A stretch of 64,000 nt of DNA, taken from positions 153,078,001-153,142,000 of the forward strand of contig NC_043000.1 of the NCBI RefSeq assembly GCF_006345805.1, given 5' to 3'. Numbering within the stretch: the first letter of the stretch is position 1; the number at the start of each line of letters is the position of its first letter. Of this stretch, positions 41,219 through 54,269 are shown piece by piece. The position numbers and the translations under genes are program-made. The DNA comes from Octopus sinensis (taxonomy: Eukaryota). The notes under the pieces are model-generated. The model was not told the origin of the DNA. It searched no databases and worked only from the letters and a program-made list of their open reading frames with translations.

Positions 41219-41361
41219 TCATCATCATCATCGTTTAGCGTCCGTTTTCCATGCTAGCATGGGTTGGACGGTTCTACTGGGGTCTGTGAAGCCAGAAGGC
41301 TTCATCAGGCCCAGTCAGATCTGGCAGTGTTTCTACGGCTGGATGCCCTTCCTAACGCCAA
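41219..41361 (-). mobile_element. SINE 3' fragment with (GAT)n tail
   Basis: Minus strand ttggcgttaggaagggcatccagccgtagaaac...ggacgctaaacgatgatgatga. Confidence 0.65.
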
Positions 41362-41675
41362 ATATATATATATATAGTGTATGTGAGGGGGCGTGTGAGT
41401 GTGTGTGAATGTGTGTGTGTGTGTTTGTGTGTGTGCATGTTTGTGTGCATGCGTATGTATGTATATAAGCAGTCTACGAAGATGTTGACTCTTAATTCAC
41501 TATTCTAACTTCTGCTGATTAAAAATAATAAAATATATATACTCATGTATTGAGTTCTATTTATCCTGTTTGTTCTACCAAACCGATATACGCATATGCA
41601 TACAAATACACACACACACACACAGACACATACACACACACGCTCACACACACATACATGTATGTATCTGAATAC

Positions 41676-41722
<47 letters not shown>

Positions 41723-41736
41723 CGTGCGTGTGTGTT

Positions 41737-41832
<96 letters not shown>

Positions 41833-43060
41833 TATATTTATAATCTGTATGTGTGTGTGTATGTATTTATACACAGACATATCTGTTGAGTGTGTACGTG
41901 TATGTACGTGTATATGTATGTGTGTACGCGGGTATATTGTGGGTGTACTGCAAGATACTCCCATACTTCATTCAATTCACCTGTGTGTCTATCAAGCAGT
42001 TGCGTACGGCTCCGCCAAATACTGATATTTTCCTCGTATTTGAAAACAGAACATGAAATGTCGACTGTGATTCTAAAAGCGATTTACAAAAATGACAAAT
42101 TTCTGTGATTGTGAAGAAAGAAACAACGTAGAATAAAAAAAAAATGAGAAGAAAAAATAAGAAAATGGAAAATAACTGTTAACGCCCAAGATGTAGATGG
42201 ATGGAACATTTGAAATGTAATACAGTTGAGGGAATTTGGAAGTCCAACAGATGTGTCAAGTTGATGTATAAGTAAAAGAAAACGAAAGTTCTGGAGTGTG
42301 GCTGAGATATTTATTTAGTTGCAAGCAGAGTGAAAGGAAGGAAAGAAAGAGAGGAGCTTGTGTGTGTGTGAGTATGTTTGCGTGTGTGTATGTGCGTGCG
42401 TACGTGCGCGTATGAGTGAAAGAGAAAAAGAATAAGCGGTAAAAGAGAAAATGGTGACATTATCTATGGTAAAGGAATATAAAGATATAAAGAACATACA
42501 GAGAGAGAGAGAGAGAGTGAGAGAGAGAGGGAGAGAGAGAGAGGACAGATAGACCAAACACACAGAGTACACGCTCTAACACACACCACACACACACACA
42601 TGCACATACACACACGCACACACATATATATATATGCATATGTACTCATTCACAAACATACACACACGCACGTATATAATTAAAACTAAAAGGAGCAAAG
42701 AGAAACTAACTCAGAGGAGCCAACGGCACGACTTTGAATAATTAAGTTACGCTGGGGATGTACTACATGCCGCATACAATGAATTCAAAATTTATTAAAA
42801 TTTCTCTAGACGTCATGGAAAGAAAATATATAAAGAAAAAACATGCATGGGAAAGCAAAACGTCTAATTTTTATTTGAATGCAAAGGGACAACCATAAAA
42901 TACATGCACAGACAAACATTCATAGACAATTCATAAACACACGCATATATATATATATAATATATATAATATATATATATATATATTATATAGACATACA
43001 TCTATACGTATATAATATTTACGTACATACACGTATATATATATATACATATATATATAA

Positions 43061-43263
43061 GTAACCGCGTGTGTAAGGTTGGCGATTTTTTCCTCCGTTT
43101 TCCCTTCTCTGGGTCTTTCCTTTTCCTATGTTTCTGACGAAGAGCTCTGCTCGAAACATAAAACCCTCCTTCTTCCCGTCCTTCCTGAGCCTCCAATAAT
43201 ACTATATTTGTTCCACGTCCTCGCGTTGTTGTGTTTTCTCTTTGTGTTTTCATCTTTGGATTA

Positions 43264-43270
<7 letters not shown>
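43061..43270 (+). mobile_element. Family X hammerhead-bearing cassette
   Basis: CTGACGA-a-gagc(tct)gctc-GAAA at 43134-43156. Flanked by (TA)n on both sides. Confidence 0.72.
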
Positions 43271-43301
<31 letters not shown>

Positions 43302-43795
43302 TAATTATAATAAAGGGTTAATTGCAAAAAGTTGCTCAAAACCACGTACCGAAAATATTAGAAATAGCAGCCAAATTGATCACTTTTTCTCCTACTAATA
43401 AAAAAGTCTCCACAAACAAACAGAATTTGTAACCCGTATATGGTAAAAAGAAAGAAAATAACGAAATCCCAGCCTATGGATTAATTAGAGACGAATCGTT
43501 TCTGGATTAGAACCGAAGGCTCATTTCCTTGTCAATATAATATTTCCTATAAATCTAGAAATGCTAGGAAAAAAAACTCACCAGTTACACCGGCTCGACC
43601 AGCGACATCGAACGATCTAACGGACTGCTAGCATCCCTACATTTATATAGACAGGCGAATTCGTATCTCCCTCCAAAATTACCACGTGAGTTACAAAAAC
43701 ATTACCAACGATTTCTTGTAAGGGAGCAATAGTATTCAATATACAAAAAAGGGTGAAAAAGGGTTAAATTAAATTAATTATATTTCACCCTTTTT

Positions 43796-43846
<51 letters not shown>

Positions 43847-43915
43847 TATACACTTATATATATATATATTATATTATATATATATATATATATAGACATA
43901 CATCTATACCCGTCG

Positions 43916-43947
<32 letters not shown>

Positions 43948-44082
43948 GGGAGTATAACTCCAAACTTATAAGGAAAAATTCAATTTAATATTAAATCAAA
44001 TTCAACAATATAAATACAGACACACATATTTATATGCATATGTGCATTAATATACATGCATTAATATACATTAATATACATA

Positions 44083-45294
44083 CACTGCTGGCCAAAATCT
44101 TACGACCAGTGAAAAAACTGCCGAAATGCCTTGCAGACCGACATATCCCACTATTTTATATTATAGATTCATAATAGGCAAATAGAAAAAATATATACGA
44201 AAACCTAAGGAAATGTTTAACATTTAATGAACAAGATATGCATTGTATGAAAACTAACAATATTTTACCTGGTCAAAAATTTAAGAATTTAAAATGCTAT
44301 AAAAATTCTGGCTTTTATGTTCAAGCTTTTTCTGTGTCAACAACTGCCGGGGTTGACACAGAGAGAGAGGCAGTCTTTAAAAATCTTAAACGTCTTCAGA
44401 ATTCCCATCTTCTTCCACTCCACAAAACAAGTCGTTTAAAATTTGTTCAGAATCTGGTGATTCTGAACAAAGTTTTATTCTCAAATGAGCAGAAATTCTG
44501 CCTTGTTGGTCCTGATGGTTTCCAACGATACTGGCATGCAAAAGATATTTCACTGGAGACTTTTTCAATGGTGGAGGCCCTATCATGATGTGGGAGCGCT
44601 TTCTCGTAGAAAGGAACTATGGAACTTCAGGTTGTGCAGGGGCACCAAACAACAGCTGGTTATGTTGGCATTGGGGTGGGGGGCATCACTCTTGACTGAT
44701 TGCCCTCGTTTGTGTGGAGAAGACTGGATTTATCATTAGGATAATGCTACAATCCATAAGGACCGCAGGCCAAAGGATTTCTTCAGAACAAATAAGGATC
44801 GCCTTTTGAATCATCCTCCATGTTATCCTGACCTAAACTCCATCGTAAATCTTTGGGGATGGGATGGCAAGAGTCGTTTACGAAAATGGAACCCAATTTG
44901 AGACTGGATACTCTTCACCAGGCAATCTTCTTCTCATGGCGTAACATTACGGACAACCTCCTGCAAACGCTTATGTCGAGTATGCCAGAGCGAATGCTTG
45001 AAGTTATTCGCTGGAATGGTGGAGCTACTTATTATTGATCTCCCTGTTTACTATTTATTCTTTGTTTTCGTTTGATATTTTTCATGGTCTTAAACTTTTG
45101 ACCAGACAAAATATTGTTAGTTTTCATACAAAGCATATTTCGTGCATTATATGTTAAACATTTCTTTAGATTTTCGCATATCTTTTTCTATTTTCTAATT
45201 ATGAATCTATAATGTAAAATAGTCGAATACATCGGTGATCGAGGAGTTCATTTAGGTAGGTTTTTCACCAGTCTTAAGATTTTGTTCAGCAGTG
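44083..45294 (+). mobile_element. Tc1/Tc3-like element with ~205 bp TIRs and a deleted/disrupted transposase
   Basis: TA|cactgctggccaaaatct...agattttgttcagcagtg|TA. KVLFSNEQKFCLVGPDGFQRYWH, DNATIH and PDLNSIVNLWG resemble the Tc3 FSDEKKFNLDGPDG motif set. Confidence 0.9.
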
Positions 45295-45583
45295 TATACT
45301 AAGGAGCCAGTTGTCCCCCTTGCAACCTGCTGCCTCCTTTGGTTCACTCTCTAGACTCATTCTTATTTTTCAAACATCCAAAATGACGTGACCCCTTTGT
45401 CACGAGAATTGATTACAGTACAATGTAACTTAAATAGCGAAAACCGGTTGGATTTCACGACAGCCATATAATATGTATATATTTATAAAAAGATTTTAAA
45501 CTATATGAAACGAAGGCATTTCTCTTCCACGTTTTATATTTGTTTTCCATATATTTTCAACTAATGTATATATACACACACAC

Positions 45584-45647
<64 letters not shown>

Positions 45648-45831
45648 TACTTTGAACATCAGTTTCTGTTCAAAAGGTGTCATCAGCGCCACTGGTCTCT
45701 CGGTAATTTCTCAAATAATTTTAGTTTGAAGTATGCAAATCAGTCGAGGACCATAAATACTTTTTATTCCTTTTGTTACATATTTGTCTCATGTCTGCCG
45801 AAGTCAGGATAGGATGTTTGATGTGCTGATG

Positions 45832-46236
45832 GTTTGTTTGTTTGTTGAACGAAGCGGTCTTCGTCCCAGAGTTTGCAAGATCGCGCCCCAGGATCGTCTG
45901 TAGTGGAAGAAGTCCGAAACATGGTCCTTTGCTATTTGTAAGACCCGCAGACGAGAAAGCAGGTCAACCCCCGACACCGAGAGCATCGACGGATGGATGA
46001 ATGCTCATCCAGGCTCAGTGGTTGCGTAGGAAGTCGGGAAAAAGAAACAGGAAGAAAGAGTGAGAGAAAGTTGGAGCGAAAGAGTACAACAGGGATCGCT
46101 ACCACCCCCTGCCGGAACCTCGTGGAGCTTTAGGTGTTTTTGCTTAATAAACACACACAACGCCCGGTCTGGGAATCAAAACCGCGATCCTCCGACCGCG
46201 AGTCCGCTTCCCTAACCACTGGGCCATTGCGTCTCC
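45832..46236 (-). mobile_element. SINE family C with alternative tail and 13 bp TSD
   Basis: Head as in 2630-3005, (AAAC)n end. TSD tgatgtgctgatg at 45819-45831 and 46237-46249. Confidence 0.88.
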
Positions 46237-46445
46237 TGATGTGCTGATGATGCTTATTGTGGTAGAAACACATTTCCAAATTCATTCTCCTGTCTTAGGT
46301 GAGATCACACTGCCTTTCTCGTAACGTAAATTCCAGAGAATTCTCGCTTCTTAAGATAATCTCATTCGATGTTGGCAGCAATTGCCGCCGGGCGTTTCTC
46401 TATACATTTCTCTCGTGGGGAAGATAATTTCAAGTGAGCGTGTGC

Positions 46446-46493
<48 letters not shown>

Positions 46494-47089
46494 ATATATA
46501 AAGTAAGAACATGGGAATTTAAAAATCTCCAGAAAATAATGTAATATAAAAGTACAGTCTTGCAAGGAAAAGCTGAAGACAAGTAAGGACGAAAGTAACG
46601 GCAGTGTATTGCGTCATGCATCTAAAAAATTGCATACATGGGTTCTTTATGCCAAATATTTTATAAATTTGGCGTTAGAAGATGGTACTAGGAATCATCA
46701 GAACTGTTCCAAAAAGCAACAAAAAGAAGCCCTATATTGCAATAAAAAACTGTCCAAGAAGAGACCTAAACTTATCTTAAATCTGCAAAAGTGCTTCATG
46801 AAAACAGTTCTTATGACAAGTTTTCGGGATGCTTTAAAATGTACTTCAGCTTTAGAACTGTAAGTTGGTATAAAAACCGACAAAAGTTCCGTCAGTGAAC
46901 ATTTCTATCGATATATTCCCGAGTATAGCCACGTGGCCGTTCTTATTGTTGAAGAAAGTTAAAGTAAATGAGATACTGTTTTGAACGGATGTGATAACAC
47001 ACGTTGTCGTCGTCGGCGGCGGCGGCGTTATCTCGTATCCGAGAATTCATTTTGTTCTTTGCTGAACGCTTCCTTTATGGTGATGGCGT

Positions 47090-47700
47090 TGATGACTAAG
47101 TTGACCAATTCTTACATAGATGAGACGATGGGATTGGCTGCATGGTAATGTTGGTGGAAGACGAAGTTGATTTTGTGGTACTTTTCACATCTGTCGTTTG
47201 ATTTCTCCCTTTTTCTTTCTTCTGGTAGCTTCGAAGTTTTTGGTTCTGATTTGTGATGGAGCATCGTCACTTGGTATGGTCTCGGGCTTGTGTTTCAAAC
47301 GATTTAGAATCAAGTTCAGTAGCATTCAGTGTTGTTTTGGGTTGGTCCCCTTATCTTCGAAGATGACAACCCCGGAATCTTTTCCTTGAAGTGAGCTGGT
47401 TGAGAACCTTGACGCTCCCATTCTTGCTACATGTCCTGATTATTGAAAAGTTGTTTCATGATTAGCAATTCGATATGGTAGCACTATCAAATCAATAAGT
47501 GAAGCCCATTATCCATGTTATGCCATGTTATGCAACGGAGGAATTAGGTGTCATTTTGGTAGATCGTAAGTTGGTGGAGGAACTGTATCCATTGGGTTAT
47601 TAAGTTTATAAATTGATGATCCAGAGCAATTCGTGGGATCCTCTTCAACACTGAAAAGCTGTTTTTTCACCGGGATGTTAAGTATGTTCAAAGTTGGTTG
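47090..47700 (-). mobile_element. Degenerate RTE LINE 3' fragment
   Basis: GHVARM, KNFEATRR and a terminal C..S...RIGQLSH zinc-finger remnant. Confidence 0.6.
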
Positions 47701-49264
47701 CGTCACATAAAAAACATATAAAATAAGAAACATACAGAATCACAACTGCATTTACGAGACGGCATTAAGTATGTTATTGTTGGGACAAAGATTAGATAAC
47801 TTTGTAATCTCTCATTCGATTTTAGAACATGTCTTAAATAATACAGAGATTTATGGCGGCCCTCGCAATGGTAAGCAGAACGAAATCTAAACAATTCTGT
47901 TGTGTCTGGGAAGAGTAATTTTCTTTTTGTGCCTTATAATTTAACACACTCACCGGTAAAATTTCCAATAACTCTCATTTTTATTTTCCTAAAATTTTCG
48001 TTGCGTCTTGCACCCTTTTCAATAGTCTTGACACAACAGAATATTCTTCGACACACCAACTCACATAAAGAATCTTGCAAACCAAATCTAAAAACGAAAT
48101 CTAAACAATGTTTTTTTCAGAACGTTTATAGAGAAACAATCAAATTTCAAGAGCTTTCGATTTAAAGATTTCCAAATTGATAGTTTTTATAACTAATTCA
48201 CATATATTTCAACCGGTATGTTGTTACACAATGGCAAAAAAGTGTTTTGTTGTTTGCTTGTATTTTACTCTGACTTCTAAATGAAATTCGGTTTAATCAA
48301 ATTGATTCTGTTACGCAAAATTCCGATTTTCATAGATGATAAGTCAAAGAATTTTGTAAACTTGCCTAATCGAAAATGGCTCATTTTCCATGAGTTAAAA
48401 CAATCCCCACTACACTACGAAAGAAACACACATAGGTAAGAATAATTATCCATCATAAAAAGAGGTTCATCTCGAAAGGGAGACAGAAAAAATATGTGTG
48501 TATACACACACAGATATAGAAAGGAAAACTCAGTAGTAACTCATTAACGGGTTAACCTGGTAGTTTGTACCGTGCTTTTGTCAATTATCTAAAGTCGCGA
48601 GACGACATAGGTACCTTATTTGACTTCCCTCTCTGACCAGCGGAACATCGAGGTTGTGCAGCCGGAAGGGAAGACGGATTCACTATCAGTCGGATGGTAC
48701 TCATTTTCAGCTGAGTAAACAGGAGGAACGTAAAAGATATGATTTGCAGAAGGATTATTTTGTTTGCTTTTAAAACAATACGTATATAAAGGAATTTTTT
48801 GCCGATGAAAACCGCAGCCTCTGGCGTTTCAATTGTACACGCACGTTAAACAAGTTATTTTAATAAAGATTTTACCATAGAACTGCTTTTATTACATGAT
48901 TCGAATTTTATTCTGCTTGTGTAGCACCTTTGAAAATCAGTGTATAATTTATGCATTATCTCTATATGTTTCAGAGCAGCTGATTCAATTTCGTTTCGGA
49001 AGTGACACTGAGAAGCAGCATTAACAAAAATATTCGTAGCTCCTGCTCCCACAGTCATTTCTGGGCTGATTCCGTTTCACCTAACTCTGTAGTATATTGT
49101 TTTGTTTTGTTTTTAACACTGCGTCTATAAAAAGATTTTTATCTCGGATAAAAACCTCGGCTTCTGGCTTTTCAACTCCATACATATGTTAAGTGTGCCA
49201 TTAAAGTTTTTTTCTGTACAGCGGCTTCTATTGCATAATTCGAAATCTATATGTAAACATGTGT

Positions 49265-49301
49265 GTGTCTATATCCATCCATCCATCATCCATCCATCCA
49301 T

Positions 49302-49382
<81 letters not shown>

Positions 49383-49491
49383 CATCCATCCATCCATCCA
49401 TCCATCCATCTATCCATCCATCCATCCATCCATCCACCCACCCATCCATCCATCCATCCATCCATCCATCCATCCATCCATCCATCCATCC

Positions 49492-49548
<57 letters not shown>
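49265..49548. repeat. Compound (CATC)n/(TATC)n array
   Basis: Directly visible. Confidence 0.95.
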
Positions 49549-49549
<1 letters not shown>

Positions 49550-49891
49550 TTCCATGTACATTGAAACACACACATGTATGTACATTTACATCTATTTATG
49601 TCCCTATGAATTCATGCATACGTGCATACATGCATACGTAAACAAATATAGATACACCCAGATGTCAAAATATGTGGAACTTGTTTACATTCGGGAGGAT
49701 TACGCAGTTATTTTTTTTAGATGTTCGTTTATATACACACGTTAATGTGCTCGTTGACCGAGCATGCATATAACTGCACGTGTAAATATAGTCTTTGCTT
49801 ATATATATGTGTGTGTATGTGTGCTTGCGGGTATGTGTGTGCGTTCATACAATATATATTATTTATCCATGCATATACCGACACATTCACA

Positions 49892-49949
<58 letters not shown>

Positions 49950-51370
49950 ATTTGTAATAGTTATAAAGATAGATGGATACATGGTCATATGTATGAGTAA
50001 AAGCATTTCAGTGTATATATATCTTTATATGTGAGCGTTTCCAGATGTCTGAGTGTGTCACATTTTCAATAGTCATAAACTAGTGTTAATGTACGAATAT
50101 TTATTTTAAAGGTTGCTTTTATCCATGCAGTATGAGGATAGTTTTGTGTTTGCTTCCGTTTGATAAATACAACAGTGGCCACTGATGACTGTGGGGAATA
50201 AAGGAACCAACAGTGCTTTGTGTTTAAAATTTTAGACCCCCAAACAGTTCAGACATTTTGCTTCCAGCAGGCCTTTTTAAGTCTCCCTCTGAACTAAAAT
50301 GAAACAAAGCAAATAACTGTGAAGAATCTTGTCCGTCTCCCTCATTAGACATTTTTAGAGAAGTTAACGCCTATTCTGACTATATCGTCTTTGCCTCAGC
50401 GATGAAAATAAACTCAGTCATATTGTTTATCTGAGACAGGCGCGGGCAATCATTTACGAAAAGCGGGCTGCATGAGACACAGTTCATCATCAAGAGAGCC
50501 GCAATTCTAAAAAAATATTCACGATAAATTCAAAGCAGGCGTACGAGTCAAAAAGTCCCCCGAGCCACAGTTTGCCAATAACTGGTCTAAGCCATCTCAT
50601 TAACTATTTGACTTGACGCTTCTTAAGTCAATGAAATGTGCAAGTGATAATGGCAGTCTTTATGGACTGCCATATTAGCTTGGCGATAACTATTAATACC
50701 CAGTACCGCTGCTGTAGTCTCCTTTAGAGAGACTTACAAATAATAATATTTCTATTTTTGGATGTATTCCCCTGAATTTAGGTAAATAATCCTTCGAACA
50801 GACGGTCAGTAGCGGACGCCTGCTGGGTGCGGTTGCTCTGCATTGATAAAGGGCAAATACCCTGAAATTAGTCTTCAGATGCCAGACCAGCAAGGGGAAG
50901 CGGCTGACCTCCTCTGTTCGAAGTTTATAATGGACACAGGTTCGTGTGTCACATAGCTAGCTAGAAGCGATGGCCTCTTGGAGCTAATCAACGGTAGCTT
51001 TCGTCCTATATTTATGGACTGCCATAATAGCTTGGCGATAACTATTGATATTCTCTTTGTTGTTTATTTTATTCTGTAGTAACGTTTCTGCTTGTCCTAG
51101 CTAATGGATTGACAGTTCGTTGTTTCATATTATATCACTGGTGGATTGCTGTGTCCATGACCAAGACACTTCATTCCTAATAACCATATATACCTACTGT
51201 ACCTGTAGAATATCTTTTTATTATCAGCTAAGTGAGGCGAAGCAGTGTCCATGAATTTTACAAATTTTTCTAGATGCTGAAGCTGATCTTAATATTTTCA
51301 GTCGATATCTACTGGAAAAATATGGGCAAGTTGTAAGATTTGATGGAAATGCTTGCAACAGAGCAATACC

Positions 51371-51603
51371 TATTTCTTTATTACCCACAGGGGGCTAAAC
51401 ACAGAGGGGACAAACAAGGACAGACATAGGTATTAAGTCGATTATATCGACCCCAGTGCGTAACTGGTTCTTAATTTATCGACCCCGAAAGGATGAAAGG
51501 CAGAGTCGACCTCGGCGGAATTTGAACTCACAACGTAACGCAGACGAAATACCGCTAAGCATTTCGCCCGGCGTGCTAACGTTTCTGCCAGCTCGCCACC
51601 TTA
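51371..51603 (-). mobile_element. SINE family D with 14 bp TSD
   Basis: TSD aacagagcaatacc at 51357-51370 and 51604-51617. Confidence 0.92.
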
Positions 51604-51871
51604 AACAGAGCAATACCATTGAGTAAAGTTCCTCCTCGATACTGGTGAATTGTACCGAACTGGGAGATTTTAGATAGTCTTTCGCCTTTTGAAAAATAAT
51701 TTCTCACCAGATCACATCGTATCTGTCTTGAAAAGGAACGATGGTACTTTAAATAAAGCATTCTCTGTTATGCAATGCTTGAAAAGAAACGAGATAGCCA
51801 AGACTGGAGCGCCTTTGACCATATAGTCCGCTCAAGATGGGCTAATATGAAGCTAATCAATAATAATAAAC

Positions 51872-52270
51872 ATAGGCGTAGGAGTGGCTGTGTGGTAAGT
51901 AGCTTGCTAACCAACCACATGGTTCCGGGTTCAGTCTCACTGCGCGGCACCTTGGGCAAGTGTCTTCTGCTATAGCCCCGGGCCGACCAAAGCCTTGTGA
52001 GTGGATTTGGTTGACGGAAACTGAAAGAAGCCCGTCGTATATATATATATATGTGTGTGTGTGTGCGTCTGTGTTTGTCCCTCTAGCATTGCTTGACAAC
52101 CGATGCTGGTGTGTTTATGTCCCCGTTACTTAGCGGTTCGGCAAAAGAGACCGATAGAATAAGTACTGGGCTTACAAAAGAATAAGTCCCGGGGTCGAGT
52201 TGCTCGATTAAAGGCGGTGCTCCAGCATGGCCGCAGTCAAATGACTGAAACAAGTAAAAGAGTAAAGAGT
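51872..52270 (+). mobile_element. SINE family A, full length
   Basis: Complete head, core and tail. Confidence 0.92.
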
Positions 52271-52305
52271 TATATTATATAACGCGTGTTAAAGAGTAAA
52301 AGAGT

Positions 52306-53563
52306 ATCGTTTTTCTGAATATTACCTGAACTTCGAATAATAGGACCAAATTCTCTTATAGACCAAGGGTAGGTAATAACAAACTGCCACCTTCTACCTC
52401 GCAAGAATTTATCAGGATTATCACAAATCCAAACTTTAAGCAAATTACTTTTTAGGTAGCACGATGCCGATTGTACTTTTAATTTCGTAAAGGCAACCAG
52501 CTGAAATTAAAGTTATTCTGTTTAACTTCTGGGGCCAAACGGATATATAATAGATATATTGATATTGTTTATGAGAACGAATCTATCCCTCACTCACAAT
52601 ATATTTATAAAGATAGCTTTGAAGGTAGAAAAAGTAAACCATTATTTCCCCAAGGCTGTGATATTTGTTATAGCAGTGTAAGTTGTAAGCGCCTCGGCTG
52701 TTGTTATTATTTATCCCCCATGTCAGACTTCATGAAGAATACATATGATAATCTCGTTACATCTATTATCATTGCATCCCATTCATCAAGGACGGCATTA
52801 TGTAAATTTCCCTTCTTTTCCGAAGATAATAAAGTAGGATTTGAGAGAAATTAAACTGCTATTTCTAGCAGATCGAAGTATCCTGTAGTGTCTACCTTAT
52901 TGGTTTGATACGCATGAAGGAAAAAAGACATTTTCCACTAAGATGAATGTTAACGACATCTATGCAATTTTAACTACGACTTTGCTTCTATGTGAGATTC
53001 TGGTGCCATCCGTATTATTCCATATGTTAAAGTAAATCTAAGACATTTCAATTTGAGGAATTCAATAAAAATGATTTTTAAAATTACATAAAGAAAATAT
53101 AACCGGTTTCGATGATGAATCTCATCACACACAAACACACATATACACAAACATACACCCAAAAGGAAACATCGCAAAAAATACACTCACACGCACATAC
53201 ACTCTCTCACACACACATACACAGCTGGTGACCACACAACTACACACAGGTGGAGACACTCAAAAGAAGACATCTAACCCAATGGAAAATCCTAATTCTT
53301 TCTTCAACAAGACATTCATCACAACATACACAACCATCAACACACAGCTAGTCACATTCCAAACATATTGAAAGGGCAGTCAACACAATGCACACACACA
53401 CACACACACTTACACACAGGTGGACATAAACCCATTCAATAAATGTGATAATCCTGATAAATTCTTGCCAGGTAGAAGGTGGCAGTTTGTTATTACCTAC
53501 CCTTGGTCTATAAGAGACTTTGGTCCTATTATTCGAAGTTCAGGTAATATTCAGAAAAACGAT
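52306..53563. repeat. 120 bp inverted repeat pair (52306-52425 / 53444-53563)
   Basis: Two mismatches by eye. No TSD or transposase seen. Confidence 0.9.
53030..53445 (-). mobile_element. PLE 3' UTR/pseudo-LTR copy (family W)
   Basis: Near-identical inverted copy of 57361-57792. (g)TGATGA-gat..atc-GAAA-CCGG-TT on the minus strand at about 53099-53127. Confidence 0.75.
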
Positions 53564-54269
53564 GTTTACTATTATCAGTGATTTGTATCATATTTATAAG
53601 AAAGATAAAAAATGATATTGTATGATAATTAATGCCTTCTCAATGAGATTGATAATGTAAGCGAAACATTTTTTGAAACGCTGATTGAGAATGTTACGCT
53701 TAGTGCGGCATCCCTGGAACTTCTTTTATTTCTGTATATTATGTGAATTGCATACACATAACGATAATGTAAGTAGATCTTATAACAAGGTTCCACTTAC
53801 TGATGTAGACCATGGAACACTGCATAAGTGTTTCAGTTGCTTATATAGCAATCCTAACCAAACAAACATATTTTGATAAATGACATTTAGCTATGACCTA
53901 AACATATTTCGAACGACACTACCTATTTTGTCATTTTCTTTTATAAAGCGGTACCAGCAGATTTGTAAGAGATCTACCATGATTTCCAGCAAGTGGATTG
54001 ACAACGTAGAGGTTTCCTCTATGGCTAAATGTCTCAATTGTTGTTAGCTACAGCCAATTTCGATTGAGCAAATTTATGATGAAAATATTTCAGCCACGAC
54101 CACCCACACATTTTGGAGTTCCTAAGATTAATGTGCTTCCACCTCTAAGTGCCCTAGTATATTTCAAGCGATATATAAATTTTCCTTTTAGTTGAAAGTA
54201 AGCAACGAAATCTTTTCTAGTATTTTATACGAGAGATGCTAAAATGACAGATCTCCCGGTAACACCTTC

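Noticed and set aside
41300-41312. CTGATGA with a stem inside a SINE tail
   Set aside because: No GAAA follows stem II.
43485-43530. Minus-strand GAAAcgattcgTC resembling the 60.6 kb ribozyme end
   Set aside because: No intact CUGANGA or stem I. At best a highly decayed copy.
43739-43802. 20 bp perfect stem with a 24-nt loop
   Set aside because: Probably a small foldback at a repeat end next to (TA)n. No further structure.
45650-45690. Minus-strand CTGATGA...GAAA
   Set aside because: The intervening sequence cannot form stem II.
45895-45930. ctgtagt-gga..tcc-GAAA-catg-gtc in the SINE C tail
   Set aside because: The first core element does not fit CUGANGA.
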